Positions 45,695 to 56,673 of a DNA stretch of 64,000 bases are shown in pieces. Source of the DNA: Paragordius varius (taxonomy: Eukaryota; Animalia; Nematomorpha). The stretch spans positions 9,424,001-9,488,000 of the forward strand of contig OZ176052.1 of NCBI GenBank assembly GCA_964247055.1. Reading direction: 5' to 3'. Within the stretch, counting starts at the first letter, position 1, and every line of letters begins with the position of its first letter. Position numbers and translations under genes: made by a program. The notes beneath the pieces are model-generated. The model worked only from the letters and a program-made list of their open reading frames with translations, did not search any database and had not been told where the DNA came from.

Positions 45695-46679
45695 GTATAA
45701 ACAACATAAGATGTATAAAAAATTATGTAAAATAATATTCTGAAGTCAAATAAGTGTTATTAAAAAGGTATACAATCAGTTTTAAATAAATTTATTATAT
45801 TTGATTTTTGAGTAGCGTAAATTAAAAATGCAAATATAATGTTTTAACAGAACATCTTATTGTTTGTTTATAAAAAGGTGCACATCCCCACGAGGAGATA
45901 GCAGTGGGGTGCATCAACACTATTTTTTCATAGTAAAAACAAAAAATACTTTTTCCAAATTATCCAAAAAATCTTGGGGTAAACCATCTAATTCTGCTTT
46001 TGTAAATTGTAGTGTGGTAACGTCTTCATTTAAATTTTGAGAAAAATCAATGCTAAGATCATTCATCTTCTTTTTTAATTTTTTTAACTCATCCTGTTTG
46101 TCCTTGGAAAGATGCAAACCTAAATTTAACAATAATAAATACCATTTCTTTTTCCAATTTTTAGCAATCGATCCAAATATCGGCGCATTTCCGGATCCAT
46201 CGAGCCCTTATCTGTCAATTTTTTGTCTAGTTCCACTAAATTATCAAAAATATCCTGTCGCATACTGAGATATTTAATAACAAATAATACCTCATTTCGA
46301 CATCAAAATCTGAAAACTTATGCTCGATATCATTTGATGCTTTCCTGAGTTCTTTATCGGCAGAGACATGCTGAAAAAAGCATAACATATTTTGTGCACT
46401 ATCATATTCACATTCGTTATCTGCCAAAGGTTTTAAAACATTTTCTATAGAGGCTTTTGATTTTTCTAAATGACCCACTTTGTCATAAACTACTTTGGTT
46501 TCATCCATCAGGGTCTGTCCATTTTTTATAATATCTTCAGGTTTCAAATTCCAATTTATATTAACCATTTTAAAATTATTATTATGTTGGTATAAAAGAG
46601 GATTTAGTTTGGTTTTTGTCTGAATAGAATTGGATCTAAATGCAAATGATGTCCCAACACGCAGTAGTGATCTTATCAT
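38081..46679 (-). CDS. NLN/THOP1: Neurolysin / thimet oligopeptidase (peptidase M3A), 15 exons, ~713 aa
   Basis: Exons 46679-46291, 46264-46143, 46119-45950, 45506-45394, 45297-45243, 43914-43750, 43463-43296, 42438-42373, 41931-41796, 41258-41069, 40388-40285, 40009-39876, 38859-38728, 38393-38280, 38164-38081 (2142 nt). Zinc motif FHEFGHVMH, plus [51 protein letters not shown] and FLGREPS. Confidence 0.95.
45657..45692. repeat. (TA)n microsatellite; others at ~4787-4812, ~9992-10019, ~32566-32590, ~55125-55150
   Basis: Directly visible. Confidence 0.9.
46120..46290 (-). other. Micro-introns in the neurolysin/THOP gene (26 and 23 nt)
   Basis: 46265-46290 gtattatttgttattaaatatctcag restores EM-S-MRQDIF; 46120-46142 gtatttattattgttaaatttag restores GKRN-G-LHL. 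Confidence 0.9.
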
Positions 46680-49600
46680 ATAAATAAATGAATGATAAAA
46701 TATCAGATATTTAAAATTTTTCCGCTAAACCCAAACTATATTTAACTTTATGATTCTATCCTATCAAATTGATAAAACACATCCAAATAAAAATAGTATT
46801 GAAAAAACATACGATATGAAACAGCAAAACGCAATTTTACAAATTTTATTTGCTTATTTGATTTTAACGATTAAATCAAAATATATCTTTTTATAAAGTA
46901 ACAAATAATATAATAAACAGAATAAGTGGTTTATTTTGCATTATTTTGTATATAGCTAAATGTTACATGTGTCATGTTAACTCCATGAGGATTATCCATA
47001 AAATAAGTAATATCACGTTTTTTTTAAATCTTTTTTATATTTCGCTGCATCAATTTTATGTGCAATGGTTCCGATTTTCCATATTTCTAAAAATATTTAA
47101 TATGAAACAAGCCTGAACCAAAGACCCCAAAATCGGAGGACCGAAATGAATGTATCCAAGTGATAATTAATATTTCTTTAAAAGGGTTTTAACATTTTTT
47201 AAAGTCAGAATAAAATTAATGAAGATCACCGATTATTCTTTTATGATTTTAGTATAAACCAAAAATCGAGGGTAAACAAGTGTGGCAAGTTAGGCAAGCT
47301 TATTTAAGCCAGAAAACGCATGAATATCAGTAAAAAACTTATGAGTCAAGCTGTTTGATTATTATTGTAAAATTTTGGTTGAATTTACGGAAATTATTTT
47401 AATTATTTACAACCAAAGCACCAAAAAGAGAAACACTCAATATACACTGTGTCTGAAATCGGGGGTTTCTAAAAATATCCTGAAGATATATATATATATA
47501 GATGATTCTATCAGGATTCTTATGGTCCCTTTTTAAGGTTTACGATTAAAATAAGGAAGTTATTTGCATTTTTTGGTAATAGCGCGGATGCTAAATGGCA
47601 AAATTAGCGTGTTTTTAAAAAAAATTTTGGTAAAAGTTTAATGCTTTATTCCAAAAATATATTATTAAAATATGTGATATACTATGGCCGGGTTGATAAA
47701 ATTTTTTTTTACTTGACTTGCAAGTTTTTCAAGTCATGGCTTGCTTTCATGATGTGATAATAAAAATTTAACATTAGACGACGTAAGTCAAGCAAGAAAA
47801 CTTGATTCAAAGGTGATAAAAAATCAAATGATCAAGTTTTTAGGTTTTATATGAAATTAAAACCTTTGTTAATGCTTTAAACTGTTTATTCGATATTGGC
47901 TAGTTAACCTATTCAAATTGGGTGGGTACAAAAGAGGATAAATTTTTAGAAAAACCTGCTAACATTTAGGAAGAGTGCATATAAAAATATGTTAAATTTA
48001 TCGATTCCGGTTACCTGCAAAATAAATTGATTCACGAAAATATCTTAAAATTAATATTTAAAACATTCATGTATCCTTTATTTTATCAAAAATTTATTTT
48101 TTTTCGTTTAATGGGTATAAATATTTGGTAAAGAATGGAAAAAACAAGAGCTCTATGGTATTAACAATATCATATTTATCAAAATGTATAAGAATTACCA
48201 TAGAGCTCTTGTTTTTTTCCATTCTTTACCAAATATTTATACTCATTTAACGAAAAAAAAATAATTTTTAATAAAATAAAGGATACATGACTGTATTGAT
48301 CTTGTTTAAATTTTCAAATGCTCGTTATACAAATTAACGCTAAAGGTTGATTTACTATTAAAACATGTAAAGAGTTTATTTTATCATAAATATATTTCAA
48401 TGAAATGTTGATAATCAATTAAAATTAATAATATGTTATATATTGCAAACATCATCCCATTATAATTGCAAATGGGCTTCTAAAATGAGTGGTGTGGTAA
48501 AATATCGGAGAGTGTTTTAAGGGCGAATGGCTTCATCAACTTAAAAATTTTACTTCAATATTTAGAAAAATCATATTATTAAATAAAATACGTGCCACTG
48601 AGTTTGGAAAACTTCAATAAATGCATATAATATTGATTGTTTATCTTTTTGTGCCTTATTTTAAAAATTTTGGAAAATGATCAAAATAATTTCCGTAAAA
48701 TTTGAATTGATTAAGATATGACCTATTTTCGCTCGCCTTATAATTAATTGTTTTATCATGAGAAAAGGTCAAAAATTTAGTTAGGCGCTTCTGGGTAGAG
48801 TTTCACCCTATGTTAAATACCACCATATAATCATAACTTAGCTTGTGTGCTTTTAAGCAAAGCTTAAGATCTTATTTGAAATAATTTTAGTTCCATTAAA
48901 AAGCAAAAATTTTAGTATTTTTAATAGTATATGATTAGGGCCGCCACCCTTTGTTAAATGCACCTCCAACATAATTGTGACTGTTATTGAATCTTTTTAC
49001 GTTTATTCCAGAAAAAACATATTATCTATTGGCTAATAATATTTTCGAACACGACACCGCTACGCCTCACATGGCACAGCTCGTTTAAAATATATTATTC
49101 TTTTTTATATTCAAATTTTTGCATTTAAAAATTTCACATTTTAATAGATTAAAGCCAATTCTATATAGGCTTCCCCATAAAAATAGTGTGTAAGAAATAT
49201 TTAAACACTTTTATCATTTTTAATTGCAGAAAAATTATATTTTAATTAACTAATGATGTCGAACAAGTCAAAATGACGCGTGATAGGACACATCTAGTAA
49301 AGGATAACAAAAATGATGGAGACGATATTTACCATTTAATTTTATGCAATCGATTTCCACAAAACCGAACATGTGTTAATTTAATCATTGTAATAAATAA
49401 ACATTTCTATCGGCTTATTTTAACATAATCAGTGTCGCATAGCCGGGAATATTATGGAGGCTAATTTTATTACATTGGGTTTTATAAAAAAAAACGTTAA
49501 TAGTTATAAAAATTATTTATTATTTACAATAGCATTTTTTACAATATATTGAAATTCGGGTTAGCATGGGCACACTAAATACTTTTCAAAAGCTCTATGT

Positions 49601-50714
49601 ATTTATATATGATAAAAGATTATATAGTATTTTGATAACATCACGATTGCGAATAGGATTTATACATATGCAAATGAATATAAAAAAATCACAGAATAAA
49701 CAACATATTATTATCGTTAAAATAATGTAATAATTGTTTTGTAGTAAAAAAAGTTTATTTTTTCGTGACTAAAATCGTTGATTGCCACATATTATTTTTT
49801 ATAAGTTCCTCTAGCATGAACAGACAATTTTATTTTTTTGGAACACATATTAGTGGTAAAAAGATGGGGTGCAAAGTGATGGTTTCCGTCGAAAAAATGT
49901 CTGAAAAAAGCTTGGACGCTTTATGGGAGAGTTTTGATTATTATTTATTTTAGGGATAATGTTGGTTTCAGTTTTATCTAATAGTATAAATATTGTTTAA
50001 TACGATAAATGTTTGGACGAGTTAAACTTTATATTATATAATTTTAAAAAAAATAATATCATATTTTAATTATATTTATTATATATGTGTGTACGTAATC
50101 GCATAATTCCGATGAAGATAACCAACAATGAAATTAAGTATTATTATCTCTTTAGGTTGAGCTATAAATAAGGTTTGCCTAAATTATGTATCATATTTCT
50201 TCTAATAAGAAACGAATCTAAAAAACTCGAAAATGTTAATTTAAAAATTTTATATTTAACGTTAACCGGAACTACTTACAACCATATGCTTTTTGTGGTT
50301 ATTTAAATACAGACATATACACATTATAACAAAAGGTAACTATTTATTTAAAAAATCGATTTTTCCATTTATAATTATTTGAAAAGTTTAATTTTACATA
50401 TTTGGAGGTAAAATTAAAAGCAAATTTATGTATTTTTTAACTAGCGGTCGAATTGGGGTAAAAAACAAATAGTTGCATAATATTTAAAGACTGGCCTTTA
50501 GCGTCTGTAAATTTACCTACAACATCCTAAGGGGTATTACTTTAATAATCATAATAAATTAACATGTTTGCCTTTTTTATTTTTCATATAATTTTAAAAT
50601 ATTTTATCAATTATTTAGGGTAAAAATGTTTTTTGCACTAAACGTAAAAATTATTTTTTTACATACATCATTGTCGGCACAAAGAAAGTGTGATGGTATA
50701 TATCTATAATTATA

Positions 50715-53700
50715 TTATGATTTTAGATATAAACAATATAAACCTTCTTTTTTCGCCTTTTGCAGATGCAAAGATGCAACTTGAGATTCTGTATGGTGTT
50801 GTTTAACAGCAAATTGACTGTTAGATGCGTTGTAATTATCATGACTTATAAAATCCAAATGTTGAGTATCAACATTCGTGCTATTTTTTCTACCAGATGA
50901 AGATGGAAGTAGGTTATCATGAGAGGGCGAAATATTTTTTATAGATGTAATTTCAACACTATCCTTTGTGACAGATATTGGTGGATTCAATATGGGTTGT
51001 GGAGTTTGACTTCGACTCCGGGGTAGGGAATTTGTGTTGGCACTCTTACTTTCCGAAGGCGTAATTTCTTCCTTTTCTTCTATGGGGCTATTGGAAAAGT
51101 CCCATTCTAGCGCAACAAAAAAAATATAACTCAAAAATGAATGGTTGCCAGGAATGTATTTTTAAATAACTTTACCAATTTATTAAGAATGTTTTCATTT
51201 GCTATAGGTATAAAATGTTTAAAATAGCAATTTTTATTTAGGTATTTAAACATAATAACGATCGCCCATTAATCGAAATTTATTGTAGATTTTACTATTT
51301 TTTATTTTTTGATTATAAATTATATTGTAACAATAATATGGTATCATAGGCTTCTATCAAGTTTTCCCTCTAAACAAATTATGTAAGACTAGGAGATGCG
51401 CAACTTTAACAAAGAGAATTTATATACTAAAACTAGATATCTTCTCGGCGAAAAATATTTTTACATACAAAAAATTAAGATTTCTTAATTTTGTTCAAAA
51501 TAAAATACCATTATTATTAAGCTTCTTTTGTGTTAACACATTTTTGTCATCCATGGCAAATGAAACATCAGGATGCATGATTTGAAGATAAGGGATAGTG
51601 GTCATCATTCGGTATTCGCCTTCATCAAAATTTTGAAATTCACCCGAAGAAAAGGGTATTGGAACTCGTGTATGAGGCTCTAGAATAGGTTTTGTTCTAT
51701 ACCACCTAAATTAGATATGGCAAAAACACTGTATTAGTTTTGTTGTTAAAAAAAGATTTAATTTAATAAATAACTTTAGGATATTAGCGATATATAAACA
51801 AACGCTTTAAATATTAAACTTGACTTTGCTAAATAATAAAAACTTATTTTATATGTGGTAACAGATTGTATTCATGTGAAATAACGCAATTTCAAATATT
51901 TTTTTTAAAATATAAATTAGAAGTAATGATAACTGTTACACTTTAACCATATTATATCCATGCAAAACAAAAGCTTATAAATAAAATCTGGTAAAATTAT
52001 ATTAATAGCCTACAAAATTTAGCACGCTAGTATACCATTCACAATTCAAATTCACCCTAAAAATAAATTATGTGTTTTCGGGCTAATATAATTCATTATT
52101 AACAAGAAATATATTCTTTAGCAAAGTTTATTATTTTTTCGGTATTATAATTATAAACGTAATTTCTTTATTTTTAAATAAAATAAAATATAGGTAATTT
52201 TTAAAATATAATATATTTTAGGGTGAATTTATTTTGTTCGAGGGTAAGCTTGAATTGTTCAAGGGTGAATTCGAATTGAAGGGTGAATTTGAACTATAAT
52301 GGTATATTAAACTAAAATAATTTTATCGTTATATCAAAAAAAGTTAGATTTTCAACCAAAAAATAATATCTATCATACCCAGATTGACAAATTTGGTTGA
52401 TGGAGTAGCGTTGTTCAATATTTTTCTCTAACATACCTGATGAAAAATAAAAAAATATTTTCAATAGGTATTTTTAATTAAACCAGAAAAATTAAAAATA
52501 ATTATTATAATATTTATATAACAATTGATGGTGTCAAAAACTCGTTAAAATAAATTTTCTATATGTATATCATCTTACATATTTAATATTATAAAAATCA
52601 ACTTAATTTAAATGAAAAGATGTTTTGAATATTTGAAGGATTATACAATGAACTATTAATATTACCAGTATTTATTAATTAAACGTAAAAGTAATATTTT
52701 ATAACATGTCGTGGTAAATTGGCTTAAAAATGTTTTATTTAATACATTTAAATAAATATATATTTTTTGTGTATTTATACATGAAATCTTCTCTAATTTA
52801 ACTCAACTAAAACATTCAAGTGTATATATCAGTAACTTTAAGTTAGAGTGCGATTATATATATATATATATGTATATACCATTTACAGTTCAAATTTACC
52901 CTTGAACAATTCAAATTCACCCTCGAACAATTCAAATTCACCCTAAAAATAAATTATGTGTTTTCGAACTAATATAACTCATTATTAATATAAAATATAT
53001 CTTTATGGCATAATTAATTATTTTTTTCAGTTATATTTTAATTTAAAGCAAAATTTTATTTTAAAAATATATTAAAATATAGGTAATTTTTAATCTTAAA
53101 AAACATGTTATTTATTTGAGGGTGAATTTGAAATGTTTAAGGGTGAATTTGAACTGTAAATGGTATATATATATATATATTCAAATAATCTATTTCATCA
53201 AAAATTAAATAATTGATAAAGGGTGTATTGTGAAAAAACTATTTGGATTTATTTACCTTTAAGCAATACTTGAAGATTTGGTTCAAGATCATCTGGAGTA
53301 ACGAAAGTGCCCTTTGCAATATTTTCGAATAATTTGTAAATGTTTTCACCCTCAAAAGGGTATTTACCAGTAGTTAAATTAAATCTGAGCATATAAATTA
53401 ACAATATCTATAAACCTATAGGGTAAAAAAATTCTTTTATTGTTTTATATAACTATCAATCATATTAAATCTAAACCATAAAATAACAGTATCGTCAAAA
53501 AAAATAAAATATTTATAAAAAGGATTTTATATAACTTTTGACATATAAACCAGAATTTTTTTATATCATCATATTGGTGTAAATTCCCATACATTTTATA
53601 ATATCTATCTTAAACAAATCATGAATGTTATTTTAAGCAGAAAAAAACATAAATAAAGTCAATAAATCACTTGCAATACGGTAAAAAATTCATTAAAATA

Positions 53701-55119
53701 TCAAATTTGATGGCTAAAAATGAATTATTAGAGAAACACAATTTGAATATAGCCTATTGTTTTAGAATGAAAAAAGGACAGACAGATAAGTCAATAAAAC
53801 AATCGAATGTTTCATAATCGTAAAGTCACACAGAAAATAAAGGATCAATATTGTTTTCTTCATGTGTAAAAATATTTGGCTTTTATTTTTTAAGTTTTGT
53901 TTAATTTTAATATACAGTCTCATGTATCCTTTATTTTATCAAAAAATAGTTATTTGGTGAAGAATGGAAAAAACAAGAGCTCTATGGTAATTCTTATACT
54001 TTTTGATGAATATGATTTTGTTAATACCATAGAGCTCTTGTTTTTTCCATTCTTTACCAAATATTTAAACCCATTTAACGGAAAAAATAATTTTTTGATA
54101 AAATAAAGGATACATGACTGTAATTTTATCTCGTGAAACAGCAATAGAGACATAAATAAAATTTTATATATTTACAGAGTTACACCAGAACACCAAACAT
54201 CAATTTTATAGCCTGAGAAAGAATCTTGACCATTGGCTACTTCAGGGGGTTGGAAGGCAGGTGATCCTTGACTTGTAAAGCATGTATCATCACATGCAAA
54301 AGGTGATAATTGCTGTAAAGTTTTTTTGAAAAAATTTCATTTTCAATATTTTATGAAATAAATAATCAAATTAGATATATTATTAAATTAACTTATTTAT
54401 ATAATAATAATCGCATACAACAACTAATTTATTTTATTTAAATTAATTGGTTAAAAATTTCAAATTGATACTGGTGACAGTTAATTATCTTATTGATAAA
54501 TACTTCATTCCAATATTTCGGGAAGGAAAAGTCATTTAAAATACAAAAATATATTGTTTAGATAAGAAAAAACCAAATTATGTTTCTAAATTAATTTCAG
54601 ATTTGAAATTTGAGGACTGAATTTTAATTAACCATGTAAAACCAATTATAGTTCAATATATATCTACCGTTGATTGATTTATATTTTTTATAATAATAAT
54701 ATGCGCATATAGCCCTTCAAAATCTTTCGGTAGCACTCGAGAAATTTTAAACACAAAATTTTAAGAAATCCAAGTAAAATTATTTTTACACAAATTTTCT
54801 GAATTAATTGTCTTAGCAACGAACTAAAAAATATTAGAATAAACAGTATTTTTTACACATTTATGTTTAAAACTTAATAAAATATTTGTTATTACCCATA
54901 TATTTTGGAAGGCGGCCCTCTAAGCCATTTGTGTTGGACACCCTGGTTTAAACCAATGAATTGAAATAATATTCTCCTTAATATAAGTGAATTTGATTAA
55001 TTAAGAAAACGGTTTAAATAAAAATAAATTCATAAGTGTGTCCATTTAAACCAGGGATGTCCAATTCAAATTGCTTCGAGGGCCATAATTTATTAATTAA
55101 AAAATTTGCAAGGCTGCAT

Positions 55120-55154
<35 letters not shown>

Positions 55155-56590
55155 GAGCATTCATAAATAATTTATTAGATTTTAAACATAAGACTGTAAA
55201 TGCAAATCATAACATTTTTTCTATTTTTGCCAATTGGATAGATTTTAGAAAAATTGTATGAGAATTATGAATTTTTAATAAGATTTTTTGAACATATTTT
55301 TAATTAGTTTCCAATTTTTTCGAGGGTAGCACATACCGACTTGGAAGACCGCATGCGGCCCGCGTGCTCGACACCTTTGATTTAAACAATAAAAAAAGGG
55401 CACGGTATATAATCGTCTATTGAGCTGCTAGTGAGCGGTCACCGCTGTTAATTAGCAGTTAAAATATAGTCGAAAATTTAATATATTTTAAAATATGGAC
55501 CATTTTCTTTGTCCGAAGTCGTCACAATACATGTTTCAAAAATATTATTTTAGTTATAACTAAAGTTAGTTTTTTGACTAGTCAAAAATAATAAGCGTTC
55601 TGAATGCTTGTGACTAATGTAATCATTCTATAAATACATTAATCGTGTTTTTTACAAAAAGAAATATAAATAACGAATTCAAATTACATAATAATATTAA
55701 TAAATTGATAAAATAAATTATTTTATTAGAGTGGATACCATTATTTTTTATGTATATTATAAACATATGTTAAAAATATTTTGACCGGTTATTTTAAGCG
55801 ATCACATTCACGGCCATTTATAACCGGTCAGACCCAACCGTAAGGATAGCGAAAACATTTAAATAGCATTTATAAATTGAATATACTTCTGCAACACCAA
55901 AATCAGTAATTTTGAGCGTTTCTTCAAACGTGAGCAATAAATTTCCTGGTTTAATATCTTTGTGGACAATCCCAATACTATGGAGGTATGTAAGGCCATT
56001 AATGAGTTGTAAAAAATATCTAGATATTTATATATATTATTATACAAATGCGATTGCCAAATCGGAAACTTTTTTAAAGGGGTAGAATCTAACATTTCTT
56101 GTAAGCCCGTGACACAATATTCTAAAAACATGTAACTATTTATTAAATACATAGAATATACATTTTTTGCTTTTCTATGCTGTATAAAACTTCATATAGC
56201 AATATAATATTTTCATGTTTTATTTTTTTGAGTAAATTTATTTCGCTGCATATAAAACCAAATAATTTACGTTAAAACATTTTGATCACCGCTAGGTATT
56301 TTTCGTAGTTTATGTTTTTTAATTATTTTGCAAGCACATCGAACTAAATTTTCGCAATTTAAAGCATCTTTGACTTTAGCATATGAGCCTTCGCCAAGCA
56401 AATCTCCAAGTAAATAATTTCCAATAACTTTTGCCCGTTTTTGCTTGTTTTCTTGATATATAATTTGTGAGGAATCAAGTGGCTTAATTAAATCATAATT
56501 GTATAATTCATCCGACGTTAAGAAATTAATAATTGAGTTTCTGGATTCAATTTTGGACGGACATTTGCTGCTATTAGAAGGGCAATCCAT
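50715..56590 (-). CDS. STK11: Serine/threonine kinase STK11/LKB1 (~512 aa; last exon uncertain)
   Basis: Exons 56590-56271, 56245-56162, 56135-56046, 56019-55887, 54312-54176, 53384-53257, 52436-52379, 51705-51509, 51106-50715. Motifs [43 protein letters not shown] and post-kinase MTTIPYL are LKB1-type. Confidence 0.93.
52033..52304. mobile_element. Foldback MITE family A copy in an STK11 intron
   Basis: Same arms and the internal AAAATAAATTATGTGTTTTCGGGCTAAT sequence seen in the other copies. Confidence 0.75.
52877..53165. mobile_element. Foldback MITE family A copy in an STK11 intron
   Basis: TACCATTTACAGTTCAAAT...ATTTGAACTGTAAATGGTA, embedded in TA runs on both sides. Confidence 0.8.
53915..54120. 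mobile_element. Tc1/mariner-type palindromic MITE (TA-CAGT termini); second copy at 48061-48295
   Basis: TA|CAGTC..ATGTATCCTTTATTTTATCAAAA...TTTTGATAAAATAAAGGATACATGACTG|TA. Near-perfect hairpin, and both copies share the GAATGGAAAAAACAAGAGCTCTATGGTA arm. Confidence 0.75.
55052..55379. mobile_element. hAT (Buster/Charlie-like) MITE
   Basis: CAGGGATGTCCAA...CTCGACACCTTTG termini, internal GCGGCCCGCG, and a perfect 8-bp TSD ATTTAAAC. Related elements at ~9042-9261 and ~54700-54941. Confidence 0.75.
56020..56270 (-). other. Micro-introns 1-3 of STK11 (25, 26, 26 nt)
   Basis: 56246-56270 gtaaattatttggttttatatgcag; 56136-56161 gtatattctatgtatttaataaatag; 56020-56045 gtataataatatatataaatatctag. 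All three shift the frame and interrupt the kinase N-lobe or hinge if retained. Confidence 0.92.
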
Positions 56591-56673
56591 ACATGATGTT
56601 CAGTTAAAGGCATTCTAACTACGCATACATTATAAAACCTGTTGCGTACCATGTGCTAGCTATTTATAATTTC

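Noticed and set aside
56136-56150. 15-nt intron using an internal GT in STK11 intron 2
   Set aside because: It breaks the frame; only the 26-nt version gives KQK-I-YMFLEYC.
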